Source: Octopus sinensis
Taxonomy: Eukaryota
Assembly (NCBI RefSeq): GCF_006345805.1
Contig: NC_043005.1
Coordinates: 14,198,001-14,262,000 of the forward strand
Direction: 5' to 3'
DNA length: 64,000 nucleotides
Part shown: positions 1 through 12,211 of the stretch, piece after piece
Numbering within the stretch: position 1 is the first letter of the stretch
How the letters are laid out: the number at the start of each line of letters is the position of its first letter
Notes under the pieces: model-generated
Seen by the model: only the letters and a program-made list of their open reading frames with translations
Told to the model about the DNA's origin: nothing
Databases searched by the model: none
Position numbers and translations under genes: made by a program

Positions 1-140
1 AATTTATTTCACTTAAATACCTGTCTTTTGTTTTGGGGATTTTCAAATCAATCCCAATACCAAATTTATTGAGACTGGTGGTGGGGTGAGATTAAATTGG
101 TACCAACAGCAGTTCAGCAGATTAATCAGTGTAGATTACT

Positions 141-364
141 TTAACCCTTTAGCATTCAGATGATTTTGTCGAATCTATGCAAATGCTTATTTATTCACAT
201 TGTTTTGAACTAATTGTGCATCATCTTGCAGCTTTGAGATTTTCATGACGTGATTGCTCATTTTTAAAAAGACATTGTAGGATGGGTGTGAGAGGTTGCA
301 TCTGGATGGTTTGAACATAAAACAAGTAGAATATCTATGGGTGGTTTGGATGTTAGAGGGTTGA
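141..364. mobile_element. piggyBac-like MITE, family 1 (~220 bp), degraded right end
   Basis: Starts TTAA-CCCTTTAGCATT and ends TGTTAGAGGG-TTGA. The interior matches the other family-1 copies. CCC termini flanked by TTAA are typical of piggyBac. Confidence 0.65.
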
Positions 365-887
365 GCGCATTAGTGTAACTCAAAATAGTCCCCTACCTCT
401 AAATAACCAAAAACAGTTTTTGAGAGAACATCATAATCTTTGTTCTGTATAATAATCATTCTTTTTCCACTAAGAATTGCGCTTCTCTGTAATTCTTTCT
501 ATATGTATATCACACCATCACCTACCATAAGGTACTAACCAAATATTAACTGTACTAACTTCACCCAATAATCACTTTCCCACCAAAGCTAAAACACTGC
601 CCATTCTCCTCAGATATATGGAAATATATAAACAAATGTACACCTATATTTGTATGCTAACATGAAAAAGGACATTAATTATTTAAACATTCACTCAACC
701 AGCTTAATGAATGCTTTCCATACTTTTTAGTGCAAAAACAAATCAGAATAAAGAAATCACCACCCCAACACTTAAGCCAGAATTACATGGATCGGCAATA
801 GACACATTACCTTGAGTATTCATCATCTCTTCTGTGAAGCCTAATGTCCTGAGATCTATTACATCTATCCCCACTTATTCAGAAGGT

Positions 888-1102
888 TTCAGAAACGTTA
901 GCACACCAGGTGAAATGCGTAGCCGTATTTCATCTGCCGTTACGTTCTGAGTTCAAATTCCGCCAAGGTTATCTTTACCTTTCATCCTTTCGATTAAATA
1001 AGTACCAGTTACGCACCGGGGTCGAAATAATCGACTTAATCCGTTTGTCTATCCTTGTTTGTCCTCTCTGTGTTTAGCCGCTTGTGGGTAGTAAAGAAAT
1101 AG
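888..1102 (+). mobile_element. tRNA-derived SINE, family A (~230 bp)
   Basis: B-box-like GAGTTCAAATTCC, central CTTTCATCCTTTCG...AAGTACCAG segment and GGGTAGTAAAGAAATA tail, shared with many copies in the window. Confidence 0.85.
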
Positions 1103-1139
1103 GTTTAAAGAAATAACAGCAATAGCACACTTTGTAAAT

Positions 1140-1290
1140 GGAATGAATGGTAGATTCCTTGACACCAAGCTCATCGCCCACAGCAACAAAGCTTCCACAG
1201 CCATGTATTTTCTTGATCATCTCTACCTTTTCTTGTAGAGAGTACACTTGTCTACCTTCATATTATTTCTGTTGACTGGGCTCATGTTGA
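1140..1290 (-). pseudogene. pogo/Tigger transposase N-terminal HTH remnant
   Basis: Minus strand reads RQVYSLQEKVEMIKKIHGCGSFVAVGDELGVKESTIHSIYK, the pattern of the CENP-B/psq-type N-terminal HTH of pogo/Tigger transposases. No intact ORF. Confidence 0.65.
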
Positions 1291-1394
1291 TGGATCATCA
1301 TCATCATCATCGTTTAACGTCCATGATGATGATGATCCATCAACATGGGACCAGTCAACAGAAATAATATGAAGGTAGACAAGTGTACTCTCTA
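1236..1394. repeat. Fold-back inverted duplication: two 72-bp arms, 15-nt loop
   Basis: 1236-1307 is the reverse complement of 1323-1394 with 2 mismatches. The loop is CATCGTTTAACGTCC. Confidence 0.95.
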
Positions 1395-4300
1395 AATGAG
1401 TACATAATTCTGTATAAAAAAATACGCAGCCTCACAACACAGTCATGTAAACACAAGCAATAGTCAGTGCATTTTGGGGAGCTGAACATTGTGAATGGTT
1501 AGTAAAGCGCATTTTCGCTGTACAAAACAGAATCTTTGACTGATCACCCATATTATCATAGCTCAATTTATGATTCACATAATATGATTCACAATTAACC
1601 ACACTGTTACCCCAGATCAATGCCAAATGAACCAGTAATGAATGAGGCTACATGTACTACTTTCCACATCATCTATTTGTACATTCTTCTGACATTATGG
1701 AGAACGTTTTTGCCCACTGGCAGACTATGTCTGTTTTCCACCCAGTGCTTGTCATCCATTCACAACAAACTCCAGCACTGGTGCAGTCACTAGATCCACC
1801 TCCTAATTAAATCACCTAGGCAACAAACTATGAACTAGGAGGGGTAAGTTATCGAAACAGTTTAGGATACTTTCACCAATGAAGTGCAAATTTGTAAAAT
1901 TTACAACACTCAAGTGCAAATTTATAAAAGGCTAACAAACTGAATGATTGATGGATAGATATCATTGTTTTACTGTCTACTTTTCCATGCTTATATGGAT
2001 CAGAAAGAATTCATTGAGGAAGATTTTCTACAGCTGAAGCCCTTCTTGTCATCAACCTTCACCATTTTCATGGTAGGTAATTTGACCTAAGATTGTGCTA
2101 AGTTGAATGATTAAAGCAGGGACATACTACCTAGGTAGGCAGTACCTACCTTCAATAAAATAGATCAATGGCAACCTTTTTCCTCTCATGATAAAATTTG
2201 CACCTAATTCAATAAAATTAAGAAGGTTAGTCTGATTACTATGCATATTTTTGTGTAGATTTGCCTGGGTTTTTCAACTTCAGTAAGCTATGCATAATAC
2301 TGCTGCAGTACATGTGCTGCATACACTCCTACAACACCATTTTCTTTATGTGGTAAAAAGGCAGAAATAGACCTGCCTTCAACTCAGTCACACACCTGTG
2401 TTTCACTTATTTTTTGTGTGTTTTACTACATAAAGGTCGCCAACTGCCTACTCTGAGTAATTGCTGACAGCATGTGACTGGATTAAAGCTATTAAAAAAA
2501 AAAACAAGGATAACATTATTAATTAATGTCCATGTTTTATGCTTGCGAGGATTGGGTCATTTGACAGGATCCAATGGGCCCCAAGGACTGCATCTGTTTG
2601 GTATGCTTTCTGTGGCTGGATGCCCTACCTAACACCAACCACTTTACAGCATGCACTATGTACAGTTATTGTGTCACCAACACTAGTGTGGTTGTCATGC
2701 AGCTTTGTATTGGATTGCCCATGTTTTGTCCACTGCCAGACAAAGCCCTCAGAATGTTCCCACCACCAAACTACAGTCTGATGTTAAGATTGTGAATTTG
2801 AGCTTGAGATCATTCCAGTTTGATGAGCCTACTCTGCTACACTGATTAGACAGAGGATGCAGTTTTTATACTCAAGAGTAGTTAAGTTGGTTATATCGAC
2901 CCCAATGTTCAACTGGTACTTATTTTATTGACCCCACAAAAGGATGAAAGGCGCAGTTGGCCTCACTGTAACTGGAAATCAGAACATTTTTTATCATTTG
3001 CACAAACAGTGAGAAAATTCAAGTAACAACAAAGTAATCATCAGTTCTGAAGACGTGTACATGCATGTGTGTATGTGTGCTTGATAATTATTCGAAACCA
3101 ATTCACTTCAATTAATAATGTTCTAGTGAGATATATATACTAGGTAGTTTGATGAGAAAATCACTTCCAAGTGTTTTGAAATTCTCCAATACATTCCCAT
3201 TGTACATGAAAATAGAAGACATTTGTGACAGTGGAAGAATAGTTAACAATCCAATATTCTTACATATTAGTGAGTCAAGTAATGCAGCTTATTGATAAGT
3301 TCTGGACTAGTTGAGAAATACAGCCAAGTTTTAATTTCCACTTGGCACTTATGCTACTAAGAACAATATTAAATTTTTTTTTCCTCTGCTATTCTCCTCT
3401 AAATTTCAGGCCTGGTGGTTTCATTCATTTGACTGCAGCTATACTGGGGTACCAACTTCAATAGTTTTAGCCAATTTTATCAACCTATTAAGAAGCATAA
3501 GGAAAAGCTGACTTGGGCATAAAGGGATGTAACTGAAGTGGAACAAAATACCATTCGTTTATGCACAAATTCTTCCCTCTCACAGAAGAACATATATAAT
3601 ATACATATGATGTTAGGAAGAGCATCCAGCTGTAAAAACCCTGCCAAAACAGACAGAAGTCTGATGCAGAGTCCTGCCTGGCTACCTCCTGTCAAACCAT
3701 CCAACCCATACCAGCATGGAAGCCAGATGTTAAATGCCGATGGTGGTATAATGATGATATACTGTGCTTTCACCCAGGTTCTGTTGAATAAATTTCACTT
3801 ATAAGGCTTTGCTTGACCTGAGGTTATTTTAGAAGACACTTATGAAAGGGTTACACAATGTGATTGAATCCAAAGCCACATGTTGTGAAGAAAACTTCTT
3901 AACTATATAGCCACACTTGTATTTTCAAAGAAAATTTTTTTTTCCTTTCTGTAAATACAATCATGAGATATGAAATTAGATGCATTCAATTTCTCTCAAA
4001 TATTTTAACCTATCAGGCAACATAGAATATCCCACTAAAATGTTTTTCTTGGGTACCATTTCCAGTTTCCTCCCACCTGCCAACCGAACCAGTTTGGAGT
4101 TTGAGCGAAGGAGGAAGCTTCCATGTATGTAGTTGCTGAGTCTATTGGAAATGAATACCAAAATCTCTTAGGAGTTACCTTTTACTGTCTGAGAAATGGC
4201 TGAATATACAGGATAAATGCTTCAGGGATGTAATATGCCAGAACATCTGGAACATCTGATCAATGAAGATTAGACACAGAAAAACATATTTGATCTGTGG

Positions 4301-5484
4301 ATTGCAATTAGTGATTTAAGCAATTACACATGTACCTGGAATTTATTTGATTAGTGTTTACTTAGAGCTACACAACAGTAACAACTATTTGAAAGACAGG
4401 TGTAAATTTTGGCTTGAAGACTTCTCAGTTGTCAGAGGCAAATAGATTTAATCTGAAAATTATAAGTAGTTAATAATCTTAATATTTAATAAGAGTATCT
4501 GCTTCAACAGTAATTTCAGCACTTTCCAACTCTCCTCCACCCCATCAAAGTTTAAATCCCATCCTTAATATGATATCAATGTAACTCATTAACAATTAAC
4601 AAACAACAACAACAACAACAAAAAAAAAGAATAAGTTCATTTTAAATTTGATATTAATCACTTGTTTTGAATAATACATAGTTTGAACCAATTTCACAAA
4701 TAATTCTCTTTATTTTATCTAAACCTTTTTAACAAAAAAAAATATATATAAATAAACACAGCACTAATAATAATATCAAATGTAAAGATCATTTTTACTT
4801 CTAATACATTATTGATTAATCAAACATCAAGAGAACTGTTTGAAAAGATCTAACATTGCCCAATGTAATCATAGTCTACAGTTACCAAATGTTTTGGCAC
4901 ACTTCTCCCATAAGATTAAATGCCATTCAAAGAATTCATAAAACTACAAAACTATTAGCATTGTTAAATCTAGTATTACATGCAGTTTCTTCCTGCAGAA
5001 TTTACTTGGCTTCCTATAGCAAGAATGGAGGACAAACAACACAGCATTATTATTATTTTATAACATTCAAACAATAGTATTTCATTCATTTGTTTTTGTT
5101 TATTTTTCATTTTTTTTTGTCATTTATTATGCTCATCAACTGTCATTAACTGCATTATCCTCCAATCACTTTACACTATTTCAATAGAACCTATTATAAT
5201 CAGGCAATGGTTTGCTGCATAAAACAGTCTCTCATCATTCTATTTAACTCTACATTTTTAAGAGATGAATAAATATTGATAAGAATTTACATAGCCAGAC
5301 ACTGACAGAGTAGTATAAAGGACATATGATCAAGACTTACAGCAGAGGACTGCCAACCTTTTTGAATGCTGCAATTAACATTTTAACATTTTCTAAATGT
5401 GGTATAATGCAGACAACTACAAAAATAATTTAGCAATGTAATTATGACATTTTGCATACAAACACTTGCACAAATATATATATA

Positions 5485-5867
5485 CTAGCAGTATCGCCCG
5501 GCGTTGCTCAGGTTTGTAAGGGAAATAACTATAAAGCATTTTTAGAGAGTGATAGCCAAAAAATAGCCCAAAAAATGTAAAAAATGATGGTAAATTTTTT
5601 TTTTAGTTAAAAAAGGTGGAGTTGCGTCCCCTAGACAGTTTGTGGTTCGTGTTTCTGATTGTCGACCCCATGTCGAATTTATCGATTTTTTTCAGAACTG
5701 GGGGAACTTTTCAAAATTTTCGCTGCGTTAGTTTTGAATTATGACATTGGGCTACGTGTGTGTCAAGTTTCATCAGAATCGGTTGAAAGCTGTGGTCAGG
5801 GTGAGGGTACAAGCAAACAGACACACAGAAACACGCACAGACAAACTGCCGTTTATATAGAGAGAGA
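5485..5867 (-). mobile_element. Non-autonomous Helitron
   Basis: Minus strand: A|TCTCTCTATATAAAC...CC(T)GAGCAACGCCGGG hairpin...CTAG|T, the canonical TC...hairpin-CTAG structure inserted between A and T. Confidence 0.8.
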
Positions 5868-5873
5868 TATATA

Positions 5874-6234
5874 TATATCATCATCATCATCATCATCGTT
5901 TAGCGTCCGCTTTCCATGCTAGCATGGGTTGGACGGTTCAACTGGGGTCTGTGAAGCCAGAAGGCTGCACCAGGCCCAATTTGATCTGGCAATGCCCTTC
6001 CTAATGCCAACCGCTCCATGAGTGTGGTGGGTGCTTTTTACATGCCACCAGCACAGGTGCCAGATGAGTCTGGCAAACGGCCATGATCGGATGGTGCTTT
6101 TTATGTGCCACCGGCACAGGGGTCAGGCAAGGCTGGCGACGGCCACGAATGGATGGTGCTTTTTTACGTGCCACCGGCACGAGGCCAGTCGGGGCGGCGA
6201 TGGCAACGGCCACGAACGGATGGTGCTTTTTTAC

Positions 6235-6238
<4 letters not shown>
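5874..6238 (-). mobile_element. RTE-tailed SINE-like element, family C, with internal ~63-bp tandem units
   Basis: (GAT)n tail, GGTTGGC(G/A)TTAGGAAGGGCAT-type core, and about 4 internal units containing GTGCCGGTGGCACGTAAAAAGCACC. Confidence 0.8.
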
Positions 6239-6281
<43 letters not shown>

Positions 6282-6282
6282 A

Positions 6283-6510
6283 TATTTCTTTACTACCCAC
6301 AAGGGGCTAAACATAGAGGGGACAAACAAGGACAGACAAAGGGATTAAGTCGATAACATCGACCCAGTGCAAAAGTGGTACTTTATTCATCGACCCCGAG
6401 AGGATGAAAGGCAAAGTCGACCTCAGCGGAATTTGAACTCAGAACGTAACGACAGACAAAATGCCGCTAAGCATTTCGCCCGGCATGCTAACGTTTCTGC
6501 CAGCTCGCCG
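6283..6510 (-). mobile_element. SINE family A, full length
   Basis: Reverse complement of the family A consensus, including the head GGCGAGCTGGCAGAAACGTTAGC. Flanked by (TA)n. Confidence 0.9.
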
Positions 6511-6780
6511 CCTAATACATACATATATATATATATATTATATATATATATATATACATACATATATCTTTTACTTGTTTCAGTCACTGGACTGCAGTCA
6601 TGAAGGAGAAACCAACTAGAAGGGTTTCAGTCAAAAAAATCAACCCTAGTATTTACTTTCAAGTTTGGTACTTATTTTATCAGTCACTTTTGCCAAACAA
6701 CTAAGTTACAGTGATGTAAACAAGCTGACATTAGTTATCAAGCAGTGGGAGGGACACACACATACACACACACCACTCAG

Positions 6781-7015
6781 TTTCTTATTTCTTTATTGCC
6801 CACAAGGGGCTAAACATAGAGGGGCCAAACAAGGACAGACAAAGGGATTAAGTCGATTACATCAACCCCAGTGCGTAACTGGTACTTAATTTATCGACTG
6901 CGAAAGGATGAAAGGCAAAGTCAACCTCAGTGGAATTTGAACTCAGAACATAATGACAGACAAAATACCGCTAAGCATTTCGCCCAGCATGCTAACGTTT
7001 CTGCAAGCTCACTGT
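6781..7015 (-). mobile_element. SINE family A nested in a family B copy (B fragments at ~6560-6780 and ~7017-7170)
   Basis: Family A sequence interrupts a minus-strand family B element. Imperfect flanking duplication CTCAGTTTCT / CTTAGTTTCT. Confidence 0.75.
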
Positions 7016-7544
7016 CTTAGTTTCTGTCTACCAGTTTCACACACAAGGCATTGGTTGGCCCAGGGATTTAGCAGAAGACACTTGCTCAAGGTGCCATGCA
7101 GAGGGACCAAACCTGAAACCACACTGTTGCAAAGCAAGCTTCTTAATTGTGAAGCTATGCTTGTACCAAACAAAAGTATATGGGCAGGATATATATATAC
7201 ATATATATATATCATAATGATACCTGGCACCATGCTGTACTCAAGATGACAAAGGACCAAGATGCCTGGCATCTTGCAGTACTCAAGAAAACTCGTACTC
7301 AGTAGAAGTGTTAAGACCAGTCCTTCTGGTGGTGTAAATACTTACGGCAGTGCCACATAAAAGCACCCAGAACACTCTGTAAAGTGGTTGGTGTTAGGAA
7401 GGGTATCCAGCTGTAGGAACCACGCCAAATTAGACGAGGGTCTGGTGCAGCTCCCCCCCACACACACACACACATATATGTATATACACACACACACAAA
7501 GAGATATATATATACATATATATACACACACATATATATATATA

Positions 7545-7695
7545 GATAACGGGAAAGTTTACGAAAATAAACAAAAGACGAAGGCAGGTGAAGTACAAAC
7601 AAACAAATGTATTAGTATAGCGCTCAGGAATAGAAATAGAAAAAGTCTTTTACATTTCGAGCCTACGCTCTTCGACAGAAAGATACACAGAAAAA
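7545..7695 (-). mobile_element. Penelope-like element terminal (pLTR-type) fragment
   Basis: T-rich non-coding tail on the minus strand containing a hammerhead-shaped motif, an arrangement known from Penelope-like elements. Flanked by microsatellites. Confidence 0.55.
7646..7683 (-). ncRNA. Minimal type-I hammerhead ribozyme motif (degenerate)
   Basis: Minus strand: TCTTT-CTGTCGA-A-GAGC(GTAG)GCTC-GAA-AT-GT-A-AAAGA. This gives stem I TCTTT/AAAGA, a CUGANGA-like core with A6>U, a 4-bp stem II, GAAA, a near-palindromic stem III and a GUA cleavage triplet. Confidence 0.55.
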
Positions 7696-7721
7696 CACAT
7701 ATATATATATATACATCGGTG

Positions 7722-7955
7722 GCACATACAAAACACCATCCAATCGTGGTTGTTGCCAGCCCCCTCTGGTCCAAGTGCCAGTGGCACGTAAAAAAAGTAC
7801 CCACTACACTCGGAGTGGTTGGCATTAGGAAGGGCGTTCAGCTGTAGAAATACTGCCAGATCAGACTGGAGCCTGGTGCAGCCTCCTGGCTTCCCACACC
7901 CCAGTAAACCGTCCAACCCATGCCAGCATGGAAAACTGACATTAAACGATGACGA
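7722..7955 (+). mobile_element. SINE family C 3' portion
   Basis: GGCACGTAAAAAAAGTACCCACTACACTCGGAGTGGTTGGCATTAGGAAGGGC...CATGCCAGCATGGAAAACTGACATTAAACGATGACG tail. Confidence 0.85.
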
Positions 7956-8068
7956 TACATTTATATATACATATACATACATAAATAAATACACACAAAT
8001 ATTTATAATTATATACACACACACACACACATATATACATATACACACATATATATACATATACATAC

Positions 8069-8099
<31 letters not shown>

Positions 8100-8210
8100 C
8101 ATATATATACACATACATATATATACATATACATATATATACACATACATATATACACACACACATATATATATATACACACACGTGTATAAACACACAC
8201 ATATATATGC
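7956..8210. repeat. Compound (TA)/(CA)/(TACA) microsatellite
   Basis: Visible low-complexity tract. It is the source of several spurious YI/HT/CV ORFs in the track. Confidence 0.95.
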
Positions 8211-8579
8211 ATGGAGCATTCATATGAGGTTTTATTGGTGTTGGCGGCCCATGGGCCCATTAATATAGTTTAATTAAATATGAATGGGTGTGAGGAGCCC
8301 ACTTCAACACTGGGACTCTAAAACATGTATGTAATGGCATGTATAAATATATACAAATGTAAAAAGTTGAATGAAACAACATAATTTATTCCATTCATAA
8401 ATCAAGCTATGTACTAGTAATAATTTTTAATCTCCAAAAGGGTAATGGATGTGAGGGGGGAGGGGTCAAGGCAAATGAGGAGAGGGAATCCACAAGGGCA
8501 AATGGAGAGGAGGGATTCATATTGAATCAAGTTAGAGAAAACTGGCATAAAAAGCAACGTCAGGAAAGAAATGAGATAC

Positions 8580-11001
8580 CTCAATTATAAAGACAGGTCC
8601 AAAGAGTTAATTAAGAAACCCTATAGACCAGAAATATTCTGACTACCAAGAGCAAGTGTCTTCTCTTATCTGTGTTCTCTAGCCTACAAGCTGGTACTGA
8701 TCACAGGCCCATTCACTAGAACCAGGCTCTCTACTCTCATTCCACTTTCAGCAAATTCCCTGAAGAGCAACACCATCCTCACCAAGTGGAATTTGCTGCA
8801 GTTGATGAGTGCTTGACCAAAAAGAGAAATGTTTCAGTTTGGCCCTTTCAATCTTGTCCACCATGCAATCTTTTTCACCATAGCCACCAGATGGAGAAAA
8901 ACTGCTTTCTCTTCTCAATCAAAAAAAAAAAGCGGGTATGATATCAAATACAGTAGACTCTGGTCTGCTTTGTAGGTGTCAACAGCAGTTCAACATAACT
9001 GCATACATAGATCAGTAATACTCAGTCACTAAACAATGTCTTCACTTAGTACATACCTTCGACAGATATGGATGATAGCACAACCATGTCTGTAGAGTTT
9101 ACCTCAAACCAGCAATTTCTAGTGATAGTATCTAACCAAAAAGCTATTTGGTTTTTCAAAGTATATGATCATAATCTGTAGTTATTGATTGCAATGCAAA
9201 CTGTCTAGATAACCATTTGACTTTACTAAGTGGTCTGAAAGTAACAGAATCATTCTCAGAGACCTCTGCAATTTCAGTCTTGTAACTATAGCTTGAGAGA
9301 ACAATATAAATTGTGCTACCAAAAGTTTCAGTGTCTCTCATAATTTGATGTTTCCCAAATCAGATATCAGAAAGCAGAACCAAAATCGAAGTCGATCAAC
9401 ATCAATGGAAATTGCAGCTGTGATACTAGTGCTGGTGACAAGTAAGCGAACCATCCGATCGTGGCCGTTGCCAGCACCGCCCCGGCTGGCCTCCGTGCCG
9501 GTGGCACGTAAAAAGCGCCATCCGTCCGTGGGCGTTTGCCAGCTCCGTCTGGCACCTGCGCAGGTGGCACATAAAAAGCACCCACTACACTCACGGAGTG
9601 GTTGGCGTTAGGAAGGACATCCAGCCGTAGAAACACTGCCAGATCAGACTGGGCCTGATGCAGCCTTCTGGCTTCACAGACCCCAGTTGAACCATCCAGC
9701 CCATGCTAGCATGGAAAACGAACGCTAAATGATGATGATGTCTCACAAATCCTCAGATCTTCCAAGTGTGTTATACAGTGTTGCTGAAATAAGTATGAAA
9801 TAGGTGTCAATCCTGTTGCAACACCATTAACTAGGTCCAACATTATTGGTTTCATTAGACACACACATCACCTTTTTTATGAAGTAGAAGTTTTTTTCTT
9901 TTCATAAAACTACTTGATCAGAGAAACAAATAGAAAGCAGTATAAACATCTGCAACTGAACAATTCTGCCACAAAACAGTTTTTACACAAAACAAGGTTT
10001 AGATCTGAATTTGAAGTACAAAAGGTGACATTTGTTGGTAGATGTGTCCATGGTTTCATCAGTTATTAACCTCTTATTTTTATTTTTTATTTTTTTTTAT
10101 TTTTGGAAACATTCTTTTCTGAAAAGTAAAGTCTCCAAAAATTCAAATGTGCAACTTTCACTTCACAGGCTATCTGGGAGTTGAACACAGTTTGCCATAT
10201 GTTCATTAATGTATTGAACTGAAAATAGAGCTGTTTTAATGCTATCAAAACACTGTCGATAAGAACTTTGATCACCTCTAGGTTTGTTTTTACTTTCACT
10301 CATCTGCACACTAATAAAACACATGGTACTCTTACACCAGGTAACGATGATATCTGTTGCTCATAATTTTGTACAGCATCCAAATGCAATTTACTTGCCA
10401 AATAACTCTTCAAAAAGTCTAGTTTCCAAACATCAAAACCACTTCTTTACATTTGCAAATTCTCCACCGACTTTTACATCATGGCAATACAAACAAATAA
10501 CTCCAGTTTCCCAATCACATAAATATTTCTCAAAGACAAACATTCATGATCTCATGAGTTTTCAAAGGAGCAGTTTCAACTATTTTGTTTAAACTACTCA
10601 GCTTTAAACGAATTTCAATTCTACTGCATTTCAAGCCCTTCGTTTCTTTTGAAGTTGACAGAGAGAGTCAATATTTTTTGCAATAAAAACCCAGTGAGTT
10701 AACTACAGAATTTGAAACAGAACTTCATAAATTTTACATGAACACTGTCTACCAAACAGGGCAATAGCTACGTTGCTGCTATACAAACCAGGATGGGAGA
10801 TGTGAGGTGAAGTAAATTAATACACAATGTGGTATTTGAAAACTGACGACCAAGTTAACAGAGGCAGTTAGCCATAATTATTTTCACTAAGTATAATTAT
10901 TAATTACATTATTTTAGGCAACTAACCTTTTATGTACACAATTTTTGTGCACTGCATGTGCACACATGTACAGCTGAGACACAACAGTGTTGGCCATCCT
11001 G
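8580..11001 (-). pseudogene. Degraded hAT transposon (ZNF862/C17orf113-like transposase), interrupted by a SINE
   Basis: Minus-strand fragments ICLYCHDVKVGGEF, WKLDFLKSYLASKLHLDAV and VKWLSRQFALQSITTDYDHIL (WLSR motif), with many stops and frameshifts. hAT-like end CAGGATGGCCAAC at ~11001. Left boundary approximate. Confidence 0.6.
9362..9740 (+). mobile_element. SINE family C, long copy inserted in the hAT remnant
   Basis: Internal tandem units, GGAGTGGTTGGCGTTAGGAAGG core and (GAT)n tail. Imperfect ~15-bp flanking duplication GATGT(T/C)TC(C/A)CAAATC. Confidence 0.85.
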
Positions 11002-12161
11002 TTTGTAACCTCAGCTCAGTTCCTATCCACTTGGATGACTAGCTCAAACCAGACCCTAAGTACATTAACAGAACTGTTACTTCGAAACACTGACTCACAT
11101 GAAATAATGTTTCCCACAGATGTACAAGAGCTGCAATGTTTGAAGAGAGGAGGCTAGTTGATTGCATCAACCTCAGTACTCGACTGGTTATTTATCTAAT
11201 CAACCCGAAAAAGATGAAAGGCAAAGCTAATATCAGAGGGTTTTGAACTCAGGATGTAAAGTTCCCTAATTGATACTGCAAAGCATTTTGTTGGACGCTC
11301 TAACAATACTGCCAATCTACCACCCTTAAAATGTGGGTTTAAAAAATAATGTTCAGCTATGATAAAACTGAAAGTGTTCCAAAGCAGAATATGTCTAACT
11401 TTTGAAGAAAGGATAATACCAAAACAACACTGGTTTTAAGGGATACCAGAATAGGTTTAATCTATTCAACAGAGAACAGTTCAATATAGTTTTAACTATG
11501 ACAAGTCCTCAAATGAAAAATTATTTTCCTTATCAAAGTTGAATGGAAAGATAGAAAAGTAAATTGAGGGAGCATGTAGGAAAAACAAGACTAAATGTCA
11601 TATAGTGTTCGGTTTCATTACTCTAATATTCTCTCCAAACTTAACCAGAATCAAATTAGCATTCTGTTCCCATGGGGGATGGATCAATTAATTCCATAGC
11701 ATCCCTTGAAAATTTGGCTTTGTTCCTAGTCAAAACAAATTAAAGATAAACAAAAGACAAAAAAACTACACATAAAGATGCATGTGGCAGAGGTGAGAGA
11801 GGGAGAAAGAAGCATGGTGTGTGTGTGTGTGTGTAAGCTTACTTTGTAACCATGTGTTTTCAGGTTCAGTCTCACTGTGCAGCACCTAGGGCCAGTGTGA
11901 GCTACTATACCTCAATGCTGACCTATACCTTGAGAGTGAATTTTCAAAATGGAAACTATGACGAAGCCTATCATATATGTATGTGTGTGTTAGTGCCCAC
12001 TATTGACAACTGGTGTTGGTTTATGTACCTGTAACTCAGTAGCTTCACAAAATAGAATAAATATCAGACTTAAAAATAAGTACTGGGGCCAATTTGTTTG
12101 ACTAAATCCTTTGAGATAGTGCCCCAGGATGGATGTAATCCAATGACTGAAATAAGTAAAA

Positions 12162-12210
<49 letters not shown>

Positions 12211-12211
12211 A

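Noticed and set aside
7650-8268. Overlapping 80-190-aa ORFs rich in Y/I/C/V/H/T (similar ones at ~31.4, 41.4, 43.8 and 59.7 kb)
   Set aside because: They are translations of (TA)n/(CA)n microsatellites and SINE bodies, which lack stops by composition.
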